Source: Eledone cirrhosa
Taxonomy: Eukaryota
Reading direction: 5' to 3'
Length of the DNA: 64,000 nt
NCBI GenBank assembly: GCA_964016885.1
Contig: OZ024743.1
Span: forward strand, 155,806,001-155,870,000
Shown here piece by piece: positions 52,440 through 64,000 of this stretch (positions are counted from its first letter, which is position 1; each line of letters begins with the position of its first letter). The notes below the pieces were generated by a model. It saw only the letters and a program-made list of their open reading frames with translations, did no database searches and was not told the DNA's origin. The position numbers and the translations under genes are program-made.

Positions 52440-54060
52440 CCCTCTTGTATTTTATATATGTATAAATCAAACTGCCCTTTACAAAATAATTGTTTAGACA
52501 AAAACGTAGTTTATAAATGCACAGTTGAAACTAGAGACAAAATATTTAACTATATTGGTGCCACTTCGACAAAATTTAAAGAACGCTGGATTAAGATTAA
52601 ACACACATTTAGGAGATCTGATAAAAAATCTTCTACTTCATTTACACATCTAATTTGGAACTTAAAAGACAACAATATAGACTATTCAATATCTTGGAGA
52701 TGATTTCGAAAGCACCTGCATACCGAAATATGGCTTTATCAAGATTCTGTAACTTGAGTATCGCAGACATTTTTCATATAATTAACTGTCAAAACTCTAT
52801 TAATCATAGAACATCTTGCAGTTATTGCCAACATTCCACGTTCAGAACTATTTTTAATTTATAATATTCCTATACACCTTCAAAATGATCCTATCTTTTT
52901 AAAAATTTAAATGCAAATTTGAAAATTTTTTTAATATCTTTAATATTTTTTATATTTATAATTTCTTTTTAATATCTCTAATATTTCTAATATCCTTACC
53001 TTTTTACATTAATTTTTTTAATATATATCTTTAATATTTTTATTTCTGACATTATTTTTCTAGTGACACCCCTCTAAATATATCTTTTTAGATGTAGATT
53101 GATAATCTTTAATTGACATTTTGAAAACCACATTTCGAAAAACACATTACGTTTTCCCTCTCTTTTTGATATTCAAATATTCACACATATTTCGACTAAA
53201 ATAATTAATCTCGCACAAAATAATATATAACTTTCTCTATATACTTTTGAGTAAATCACTCTTCAAATGTAACGGTTAACAAACAAACTTGGAGTTATCT
53301 TTCGTTTCTCAATCGTGCAAACATAAACATAGTATGTATGATAATCTATATAACTTCGCTAATTTAACAATAATCTGAAAACATTTTCAATGTTGAACAA
53401 AATATTCGAATCCACAAATTGTTCTCCTCTCACAACTTGAATCACCTATTTGTTTATGTAAAATACAAAATCAACTTCCTTCGTAACTCATATTAGAAAT
53501 ATAAACAACTAATAATTGTAAATTATTTCTATTTCTATAATACTAATACATACGCAATTATTAATCTATATAGATATGTATATACGTATAACCTATTGTA
53601 ATGTAATAAGATAAAAATACTTACAACAATAATGTTTCATATAATCTAATTGATTATATATACAATATTATAACTCATAATATAGATAAATATATTTTAA
53701 TTTAAACTCTGCAATCACATTCCACCTTTTCCCCCAAATTAACGTAAATTCAGGCACTTCTTCCTTTTTCTTCTTTCCTACGCATACAAACACATATAAT
53801 TATTTAAATTCTCCATAGCGTATAAAATAACGTTTTTTCAGCCCTTTACCTCAACCTCATTTGCATATTCATCTGATTACTCATCTTAACAATTTTAAAT
53901 ATCTGAGTTTTCTTCTCTTATCCCTTTACTATGCAAGGAAAACTTGAACCTTTAAGGTATTTTCCTTGGTTATGTCAAAATTTATAAAACACACTTCGTA
54001 TTCTATCTGATGAAACCGTACCAAAGTTTTGGAACCCTTGAAATATATCTAATAGAATAA
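52440..54060 (+). mobile_element. Penelope-like 3' fragment (GIY-YIG + pseudo-LTR with decayed hammerhead at ~54000-54057)
   Basis: NCPLQNNCLDKNVVYKC..NYIGATSTKFKERW; FCNLS; attctat-CTGATGA...GAAA...atagaat. Confidence 0.75.
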
Positions 54061-54094
54061 ATATGGTTTTATAAATATGGTTTTATAAATATAG

Positions 54095-55189
54095 AGGAAT
54101 AGGCCGACTAAATGACTCATGTAGAGTCAAAAGTGAATGCCCATTACAAGGTAAATGCAACACCAAAGCCATTGTATATGTGTCTAAAGTGACAACCATC
54201 AGCAACAACCATGCAGGTACCAGCGAACGATATGTGGGTATGACACAAGACAAATTCAAAACGCGTTATTACTCACATGTCGCATATTTCCGACATCCAG
54301 AAAAAAGATTCACAACAGATCTGGCTAGCAGAATATGGGTTTAGAAAGACCAAGGTATCCAATATAAATTGGATTGTTCAATTTTGAACCAATCTAAAGA
54401 ATATGCAAGAGGGACAAGAAGATGCACACTCTGCATAAGGGAAAAATATTGGATTTTACAAAACCTTATATCACCAAAAACCTGCCTAAATACAAAAACA
54501 GAAATTTTCACCAGTTGCCCACACATGAAATCACACTTGCTTTCCAGCTCATTTAAACTTAACTCACTTTCAGATACTTATCCTCCATAAGCTCTTATTC
54601 TTCACTCTCCTTAAATTATTCTCTTTACAGACTTCTCTTTCTGATTTACTTTCATTTTTAACTTTATTTTTAATTTTATTTTTATTTTTATTTTTATTTT
54701 TATTTTTACTTCACATCCACCCTACTCTACGATTCACTTACCTAATATCTTCACATTCCACATTTTACTTCCCCATTTTCTTTCACTACCTGATTTCACT
54801 AGTCACTTGCGTTTTCCACTCCAGATATATTCTGTTGTTTCGCAGCCGATTTTATATTTGTACTCATTTATTCATAAGGCTGCTTTATACTCTGTATCTG
54901 TGTCTGAGTGTGCTTATGTGCGTATACGTTCTGTATATGTACACAAACGCCTCCGTATGTGCGCGTGCGGTCGTGTATATATATATGTGTGTGTATGTGT
55001 GTTTTTATATCTATGTGTTTATATCTATGATGTTTACATTCTTATTTTCACGTGTGTTTGTAAGCGGGTGAATTTACGTGAATGTGTATGTATGTGTGTA
55101 TATATGTATATGTATGTATGGGTGTGTATGTGTATGTGTATATATATATATATAGTCGCGTACGTACGTGTGATTAGATATACATGGGG

Positions 55190-55254
<65 letters not shown>

Positions 55255-55990
55255 CGTGCCTCGTGTGTATGTATGTACGCATGCATGAGCTTTTGTCTGT
55301 ACATATTTGTGTGTATAAATATTTTTTTATAGATATATGTTTTTTATATATGTCTGTGTATGTACATGCGTACCTATGTTTGCTTTCTTTTCTCTAGTGT
55401 TAATTGATTACTTTCTCTTTCATTTAAACATTTTTTTATTCTCTTATACTGTTTCATTTTTATACATATATCGAGAATGACACTTCTTTTTACTATTACA
55501 CTCCCTTCCCTCTCTATCTTCCGCATATAAGTGACCGCGCGTGTGTGTGTGTTTATACGCGTGCTTTCATACTTGTATGTGTATTTAATACCTGTATCTG
55601 CATGCGTGTCAACTATATTATCATTTTATTTTTCAACTCATATTATATCCGTATTTGTGGTCACATATACACAAATATACTTGCCCTCATATATGTACTT
55701 ACGCACACATTTTCACCATACACATGCATTTGTACGTACACACATATGTACATTTGTGAGTGTATATACATACATACTATATTTCCTTATATTTTTTATA
55801 TATTTTTTTATATGTCTCTTGCATTACTTTTATTTATATATTTTTTGCATTTCTTGAGGAAACTTTCCAAATATTTCACTACGTTTTATATTACCTTGTC
55901 CGACTAACGAATGGGGACGTTTTCTTCGTATTCGTCTTATTCGGGAAACCTCTGGTAATGAGGTAATTAGATTGTATTGTTTATTGTACA
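54095..55990 (+). mobile_element. Penelope-like 3' fragment (GIY-YIG + pseudo-LTR with decayed hammerhead at 55891-55966)
   Basis: SCRVKSECPLQGKC..IVY..YVGMT..FKTRYYSH; CTLCIREKY; SCPH; ends at (AT)n. Confidence 0.78.
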
Positions 55991-56050
55991 TTATATATAT
56001 ATACATATATATATATATGTATAAATATATATATATATATATATATGTAT

Positions 56051-56640
56051 ATTAGTGTCAAAGGCATCATGTGGAAAGTCAGAAGTTAAAAATATGTTCT
56101 GCTTGAAAGAACAAAATTACAGGCAGCACTGGTTGGAAGTCTAATACGTATAATTAAAAAGCACAAGGAAAAAAATTCACAAGCAAAATAAAACACAGGC
56201 AAAGAGATTATAAGCAAGGAAAATTGGTGTACAATGCAGGAGTCAATACAGTCAATAAGGCATGTATGAGGAAAGAGATATAATGTAGTTGAAATAAATA
56301 TATTTTGTGTGGGGTTTTAGAGCATGTTATAATTGTTATAAATGTTTAAGATTGTGTGCAATTTGTTAGAGAGCCATGTTGTGATAATGTTGGTATTTGT
56401 TATGTAAAGTGTAATGCAAAGCACGTGACCGAGTCGGGTATGTGATTTTCATTTAAGTGTTTTTGTGTTGTAGTTCATATGTATGTGTATGTGTTGTTTG
56501 TTACTCACAGGTATTAACCATGGGAGTATTTTGAGTCGTTTATAGTCAATAGGTGTTTGTTTGTTAAATGTAAATACCGCCGAATTACTGGCCAAGTTGT
56601 TATTTTAGGTATATTATTTTATGCATTTTTTATCTACAAA
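56051..56640 (-). repeat. Pseudo-LTR-like repeat, inverted homologue of 61915-62462
   Basis: tagtgtcaaaggcatcatgt... matches the reverse complement of ...acatgatgcctttgacacta; similarity extends ~550 bp. Confidence 0.85.
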
Positions 56641-57316
56641 TTATCTTTTCTAGGGTTTGTATTAACCATTATTAAGCTGTTGGTAAACCGTTATGTTGCT
56701 TAATTTTATAAGTTTACACAGGAATTTGTAAAGGGGTTAATAAAGAAAGGGAGGAAATTAAGGTTGTTGATAAATTAAGGGTTGTTTTGATACTGTGGTA
56801 TTGTTATAAATAAATATTTATAGAGTGTATAAAATATGAAATATTGGTTATATTATTGTTATCTTTTAAACTTGTGTGCAGGGGATTAAAAACATGTTTT
56901 ATTTAGTTTATTATAACTAGATAGTTTTTACATAGTTACTTTATTTGTGGATAATATAAGGTATATACATATGTCTGAGAATGCTTATATATATATATAC
57001 ACCTCACATATATATGTATATATATATATATTTATATAAACGGACAAAATTAAACGAAATTTCATTTGACACTCTTAGTACGGCTGTTACTTAAATATAA
57101 GTATGTATACGTACATACATAAATGTATACAGACGTACAGTAGTATGTATATATATATATACATACATACATACATGCACACATATATATATATATGTAC
57201 GTATGGATTAACCGAACATTTATTATAATGCTCGGTGTGCTTGTAAACAAACATCCCGTATTAAGCTGTAGTGTCTAGCTATCATCGTTTCTTGTTTGTT
57301 CAACACTGACAAAGGA

Positions 57317-57359
57317 ACGCTGTACTAGTTTCAAGCTTATTAGCTATCGTCAGCAACGT
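57317..57359 (-). ncRNA. Minimal type I hammerhead ribozyme
   Basis: acgttg-CTGACGA-tagctaataagctt-GAAA-cta-GTA-cagcgt. Confidence 0.86.
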
Positions 57360-57833
57360 ATACCTTCCTGCCAGATGATTGAACGTCTGAAAGTATATAC
57401 TTTCCTTATGCATATTAACGGCTGAGCAGCCTAATTTGCATATCGAGCGGATTAATCGGCCGGGTACACCGAAAACTATAAACGGAAAAATGAAATGAAA
57501 TTTTATTTCCCACTCTTAGTACGGCTGTTACTTAAATATAAGTATGTATAGGTACATACATACATGTATACAGACGTACAGTAGTATGTATATATATATA
57601 TATACATATATATGTATACATATATATGTATACATATATATGTATACATATATATGTATACAGACGTACAGTAGTATGTATGTATATATACATACATGCA
57701 CACATATATATATGTACGTATGGATTCACCGAACATGTATTATAATGCTCAGTGTGTTTGTAAACACACATCCCGTATTAAGCCGTAGTGTCTAGCAACC
57801 ATCGTTGATCGTTTGTTCAACACTGACAAAAGA

Positions 57834-57876
57834 ACGTTGTACCAGTTTCGAGCTTATTAGATATCTTCAGCAACGT
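57834..57876 (-). ncRNA. Minimal type I hammerhead ribozyme (stem II mismatch)
   Basis: acgttg-CTGAAGA-tatctaataagctc-GAAA-ctg-GTA-caacgt. Confidence 0.75.
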
Positions 57877-57961
57877 ATACCCTCCTGCCAGATGATTGAA
57901 CGTCTGAAGGTATATACTTTCCTTATGCATATTAACGTTCAATCATCTGGCAGGAATGTAT

Positions 57962-58004
57962 ACGTTGCTGACGATAGCTAATAAGCTTGAAACTAGTACA
58001 GCGT
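57962..58004 (+). ncRNA. Minimal type I hammerhead ribozyme
   Basis: acgttg-CTGACGA-tagctaataagctt-GAAA-cta-GTA-cagcgt. Confidence 0.86.
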
Positions 58005-58122
58005 TACTTTGTCAGTGTTGAACAAACGAGCAGGGATGGTTGCTAGACACTACGGCTTAATACGGGATGTTTGTTTACAAACACACCGAGCATTATAATA
58101 AATGTTCGGCGAATCCATACGT

Positions 58123-58167
<45 letters not shown>

Positions 58168-58241
58168 CATGTATGTATGTATATATATATATACATACTA
58201 CTGTACGTATGTATACATATAAGTATGTACGTATACATACC

Positions 58242-58277
<36 letters not shown>

Positions 58278-58299
58278 TACATACAGACTGTGTAGAGAC

Positions 58300-58636
58300 A
58301 GTTGCAGTTTATTATGTTAGGATAGTGAGATGCATAATGTACACTGGAGTAATTGGTGTTATATATATAGTTGTCTGCTATTTAGTTGGTGTTGTATTTT
58401 GAGAGTTTATTAGTGTTTATATTATTTAAATATTTTAATTGTATAAGGTAAGAGATCAAACAAGGGTTTATTGACTATGTAGGTTAGTGTGGTATTTTAA
58501 TTAAGGTGTAGTCGTATATTCAAGAACGTCTAGTTGGATAAATGAAGGTCTAGTTGGATAAATGATGATCTAGTTGGATACATTAAAAGGTGGTGGTCTT
58601 TTGTTTCTCCGACATTGGTCTTTATTTCTATTTTTA

Positions 58637-58708
<72 letters not shown>

Positions 58709-61660
58709 GTTACGAGGTTTGAAGTAGTGGAACGAGAATCTATGGTAATGTGGACACGTTTAGAAGATCTCTGATTTCCTATTTAGTAGGCTAAAGTTAG
58801 AGGGATTCATATTTTTAGACTCGAGGATGCAAAGGTTACAAAATGTTTTAGGTGGTCTACCACTTCCCATTTTAAGGTGTATGGTATATTATTTGTTTTT
58901 ATTGAGCGTATGTATGTGGATAGTGAGGTTACGTTGCTAAGTTTAGGTACTGAACGAATGAAGATGTGAATTATATCTGGTCTGAAAGCTATTCGATGTA
59001 GAGCCTATATATAATTTCGAGATGTCATTAGCGGTTACAGTACCGGAGTAGACAATCTCTTTAATTAGGCAGTTCTTATTTAATGGGCATGTTTTGTTAG
59101 GCCTACAATTATAATTGTTTTGGTAACTAGTATACTGGTTAAGGGGGTATGCTATATGGTCTGCTATGTTAGGTGTGGTGGAGTAGGGGATTTTAATTGT
59201 GTTTTTGTTAAATAGATTCTGGTATGTATGGTTAGTTGGGAAGTTTTTGTCTAGAGTAGAGAAGAAAGCTTTAGGTATGTTTGTTGATACACTTAAGTTG
59301 AACTGAGGGTTAAAAAATGTGCTACTTCTTCTTCTATTCTTATTATGGTTGTTATTCATACTACTGTTTAGTTTGGTGTTATGTTCCTTCTTATCTATAT
59401 TTTTCTTTCTGTGGTGATTCTTAGGATTATTGCTGTGGTGTGATTTAACTTTTTTTATGGTGCCCTCTGTATAGGAGTTGTGATTGTCAATACTATGATC
59501 ATATTTACTTTTATTCATGGCGATATTTTGTGAAATTATATTAGGTTGTCGATGGGTATTTGACGACTTAGGTTTAAATATAATTTTATCTCTATGGCCG
59601 GAACGGGCTAAAGCTTCATTATAGTATTGGGAGTTACGATTAAATGTATTCTTGTTGTAAGAAAGGCTAGATATTCTCTTAGATACCCCTTTAATGATTG
59701 AGGCCAGTACAGATTTAGGGTGGTTACAGTTGATATTAACATAGAAAAGTTTGTCATTAGGTTTATGATAAGGTGTGTATTTTTTTAGTCTAAGTAGAGA
59801 GTGACGTTCAGGAAGTTAATATTTTTGGTGTTTTTATCTAAAGTGATACGTAAGTTATAGTTTTTAAATATGTTATGTAATTGTTTTCTAGTTCTTTCTA
59901 TATTGAACTATTTATAGTCTAAGAGCCGACTTTTGGGAGGAACCCATACAGATCTGAGATTTTCATCCTCAGTATTTACTGATTAATGTTCAGAGCCACC
60001 CTCAGCAATCTTGTGTAGCATCCAGCCACCATCTGAGTGAGTTTCTTGGTCAGTGTCTAAGTCTCAGACTAGTACAGCAGCGCAGACTCCACTACAACAA
60101 TGAAGAGGTAGATTTCCAGGTCTTTACGAAGGTCCAACTTCCACACCGAACTCAAGCTGTTGCACACCGCCCAGGCTTTGCTCTTCCTCGCAACCACATC
60201 ATCTTCCGTATTCCCAATATTTGCTCCAAAATACAGGAAGTCCTCACCCAATTCTAGCGGCTTCCCGCCTACACTAGTGATTCCCTCTGGCTTCTCTACA
60301 TTCCCTACCAGATATTTTGTTTTAGTCTCATTCATTCTCAGCCCAACACTCATCGACACAGTCTCAACCTTCTGCATCAAATCCTCTGCCTCCTTCAATG
60401 CATTTGTCACCAAAAGTCAGCTCAAAAGTGACACAGAGTAGACTGAGGTTAGCTGGACATGCTGAGAGACATCCAGAGTTGACATTGCACTCAATGCTCT
60501 TGTGGGAGCCCCTACATGGTCACACTCGATGAGAAAGACCACGGTTAACGCATATCGATGCCCTAATGACAGACACTGGTCTGTTGGAGACGCAGGACAT
60601 GTAAGCAATAATGAGGGACAGAGACCACTGGAGAGAACTCATTCATGGATCTCGAGAATTTTACCCGCCCTAGAATGGTATGTCTAAGTGGCAAGGTACG
60701 ACGTCTCGGTAAAGGCCACCGTTGAGGTAAGGTAGGTTCTTGTGTATTTCGTTTAAGAGAAATAGAGCGACTAATTCAGTTACATGTGGCGACTAGATCC
60801 CATGATGATATCGAAGTTGTTGCGTGTATTCTTACGGGTCCATAGTTGGTCTTCAAATTTAATGCTTGTTTTCCTGGCCGCAAGGATTATATCCACCTTG
60901 GATCTAGTGAGTTCACTATTGTTCCTGGCCATTATTAATGCTTTATTTAGGAGGATAGGTGAAATAGAGGTGTAGTATGAGTTTATATCAAATTGGAGGA
61001 ATGTCTTATTTTCATTAATACCATTAAACCATTCGATTACTTCACTAGTTTCTCCCCATAGTTTAAAATGAATTTGTTTGTTTAATTTGGCGGATTACTT
61101 TATCTAAACTTATTTTACTAATAATACCAATATCGGATCTGGATGGGCAAATAAGTCTAATTGAGTGGTTGGTATTAAAGTCATCCTTATGGTATTTCAG
61201 AGAGAATCGTGGGGGATTAAAGGAGTACGGTTGAGAATATGTCTCTAGTCCTAATTTACATATTAAACTACGGGCTTCCATATTTATGTCATCCAGGTGT
61301 TTATGATATGTTTTTTTTGTAGTTCCTGTAAAGTTCTTTATATATAAATTCTCTATATGTACAGTAATCTAGGCTATATATGATTTTAGTTTTATTAGCT
61401 AGTACTAAGATATTCCTATTCTTATTAATTTTTTTTATCGTGGAATTTAGGTTCTTTAGGAAGTCGTTCTTCCTATTGTCGCATTTCTTGTACTTAATCA
61501 TTTTCACAAGTGACACAAGGTCGTTTTCAAAATAGTCCAGTAAGATATTGTGGGGAGGGCTTTTATCTGTTTTGAAGCCGTATGTTTCAAACGAATGTGC
61601 ATCTTGTTTTTTCGCAGCGCGGTTCCTATCATAAGGGAAGGCCCTCCATCTAACTCTACT
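58300..61660 (-). mobile_element. Decayed Penelope-like (Naiad-type) element interrupted by an insertion at 59924-60681
   Basis: RWRAF, YGFKT, IRLICPSRSDIGIISK, MGS..VTELVALFLL, GGLYRD, FFNPQF, NCRPNKTCPLNKNC, LYIGST; internal (TTA)n at ~58640-58708. Confidence 0.82.
59924..60681 (-). mobile_element. Inserted fragment containing an RTE-like RT C-terminal region
   Basis: GLRMNETKTKYL..EDFLYFGA..RKSKAW..VWK..VESALLY (60069-60413); gtctaag repeated at 59917-59923 and 60682-60688. Confidence 0.62.
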
Positions 61661-61914
61661 GGTACTTAGTACTTATTACTTAGTACTACGCTACATATTT
61701 ATAGTTATATCAAACATATATAAATATAAATATTCTTATTATTAATTCTGCTCCTTCTAGTAGAGCTGACATATATATAATTACCGGTATGTTGATCAAA
61801 GACTAGCTTCCTTGACTCTAAAGAACATACCTATCACATCTAGGGATACTTTCGAAAAACTACTGATTAATAGTGTCAACTCTTTTAATAAGAGAGTTGA
61901 CACTATTTGATAAT

Positions 61915-62750
61915 GTGTAGATAAAAATGCATAAAATCATATACCTAAAATAACAACATGGCTAGTAATTCGGCAGAATTTACATTTAACAAACAAACAG
62001 TTATTGACTATAATCGACTCAAAATAATCCTATGCTTAATACCTGTGAGTAACAAACAACACATACGCATACATACGAACTACAACACAAAAACACTTAA
62101 ATGAAAATCACATACCCGATTTATCACGTGCTTTGCATTACACCTTACATAACACATACCTACATTATCACCACATGCCTCTCTAAAAAATTGCACACAA
62201 TCTTAAACATTTATAACAATTATAACATGCTCTAACACCCCACACAAAATATGTTTATTTCAACTGCATAATAACTCTTTCCTCATACATGCCTTTTGTA
62301 CATCAATTTTCCATGCTTATAACTTTTTTGCCTGTGATTTTGTTTTGCTTGTGTTTTTACTTATACTTGTTATACTTCCAAACAGTGCTGCCTGTAATTG
62401 TATTCTTTCAAGCAGAACATCGTTTTAACTCATGACTCTCTACATGATGCCTTTGACACTAACAACAATTATGTACTCTAAATGTTCTAAATGACTAGGA
62501 TTTTAGTAACATATTTCGACATTCCTTATGCTCCGATGAATTCTGACTTTCCCCTGGCAGAAACAATTGACAGCAAATAAATGTTCTGAACTAAAATTTG
62601 ATCCTTTTAACACTTTGTTTCGCGGCTCTGTAAAACACTTGAACATTTGCATTGAACCTTTTTTTCATACAGGTATCCGGCTAGTACTTAGAACTAACCT
62701 ACATATTTATAGTTATATCAAACATATATAAATATAAATATTCTTATTAC
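61915..62750 (+). repeat. Pseudo-LTR-like repeat with decayed hammerhead (62529-62575), ending at (AT)n
   Basis: Inverted homologue of 56051-56640; its terminal ~65 bp is also present at 61680-61742. Confidence 0.65.
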
Positions 62751-62845
<95 letters not shown>

Positions 62846-63081
62846 TAAAAAAATCAAAAATCAATGAGGCATCTGGACTCAGTTTATTCCGTGTTACAAT
62901 TGTTTCGCCGGCAGGTAGCTCGAGACATGGTCACTCTATGGATCTGGCTGATTCTACAGCTGCAGGTTCCTTCGGACCGCGATTTTTCGTTTTTTTTTAT
63001 ACTATCCACTCTCTGTATGAATATTGAGGGCTATTTTGGGCATACCGCCTATGGAAGCACCATAGCTGCCATTATACACAA

Positions 63082-63113
<32 letters not shown>

Positions 63114-63120
63114 TAATAAT

Positions 63121-63183
63121 GCTTTCTTTATTAACCAGAAGGGTTTACATAAAGTAGACATTAAGGACAGTACAGGACAATAC
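63121..63183 (-). mobile_element. 63-bp 3'-end remnant of the Tx1-clade family
   Basis: taataat|gctttctttattaaccagaagggtttacataaagtagacattaaggacagtacaggacaatac matches 18593.. and 24596.. Confidence 0.88.
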
Positions 63184-63279
63184 TTTTAATATCACGCCTC
63201 CCAGTCGTCTCCTTCTGCTTCTCCTTCTCTTCCTCCATCGTTTCTCTCTTCCTTTAATATGCCCTTATTTTTACTACAA

Positions 63280-63345
63280 TTCCTTCTTCTTCTTCTTCTT
63301 ATTTCTTCTTCTACTACTACTACTACTACTACTTCTTCTTCTACA

Positions 63346-63395
<50 letters not shown>

Positions 63396-63406
63396 CACTA
63401 CCACTA

Positions 63407-63442
<36 letters not shown>

Positions 63443-63493
63443 ACACTACTACTACTACTACTACTACTAATACTGCTGCTGCTGCTGCTGCTG
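63280..63493. repeat. Compound (CTT)n/(CTA)n/(CTG)n microsatellite
   Basis: Direct reading; explains the poly-T/V/S ORFs. Confidence 0.95.
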
Positions 63494-63853
63494 CAATTAT
63501 AGTCGACAGCCAGCCAGAGAGTAACAGGGGAAAAGCCAACTTCCAAAGAGAGGCAAAACAGAGAGACAGAGAGAGAAAGATATAAACGGAAATGTGAACT
63601 TCTTACATATATGTAAACTATGTACTCTAATATCCTATTATAATTAATATACACCTTATTTTATTATATACTACATGTTATATATTTCCTGTAGCATGAA
63701 GAAGCCGAAATAATAATCGGCTGAACCGGTTCGATAATTAACTTTTAAAAAATGTTTTTGTTATTATTCTATTAGCATCCTCTACTTTTTTTCTTATTTT
63801 CCTAATACACCACCCCCACACACACACGCACACACGCACGCACACAAATACTC

Positions 63854-63917
<64 letters not shown>

Positions 63918-64000
63918 TATATATATATATATATATATACTATATATACACTATATATATATATACTATATATATACTATATACATATACTATATATATT

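Larger units (their letters stand above)
57037..58240 (-). mobile_element. Second array of the hammerhead-bearing repeat: two tandem units (-) and a foldback unit (+)
   Basis: Homologous to 5805-6800; hammerhead-to-hammerhead period 517 bp; strand switch near 57935. Confidence 0.78.

Noticed and set aside
58640-58708. (TTA)n tract as a retrotransposon tail
   Set aside because: No RLE or Tx1 sequence is adjacent; it is an empty repeat inside a Naiad 3' region.
62888-62965. GAAAcaattGTA with upstream CTGTAGA on the minus strand
   Set aside because: The core is mutated and stems I/II do not pair convincingly; at most a decayed remnant.
63192-63654. Poly-Val/Thr/Ser ORFs
   Set aside because: Translations of the (CTA)n/(CTT)n microsatellite.

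Overview
Eukaryotic, AT-rich, microsatellite-dense DNA made almost entirely of transposable elements. I see no host protein-coding gene. SINE fragments resemble, from memory, octopus SINEs, so a cephalopod host is likely (inference). (1) 7961-42919 is a ~35-kb array of non-LTR retrotransposons joined by (TAA)n linkers. It holds five copies of one R4/Dong-type RLE family (+; one is a chimera from an apparently exact 3734-bp tandem duplication), one intact 1216-aa copy of a second R4/Dong-type family (+), and two full-length Tx1-clade (APE+RT) elements (-). Each clade keeps one orientation relative to the TAA strand. (2) The flanks (1-7960, 46600-64000) are stacks of Penelope-like (Naiad-type, C-terminal GIY-YIG) elements and their pseudo-LTRs next to (AT)n tracts, and many carry recognisable type I hammerhead ribozymes. 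(3) A non-coding, hammerhead-bearing ~450-520-bp unit forms tandem-plus-foldback arrays at 5.8-6.8 kb and 57.0-58.2 kb, a retrozyme/circRNA candidate. A non-autonomous Helitron and a nested RTE-like fragment are also present. All alignments and RNA folds were done by eye.
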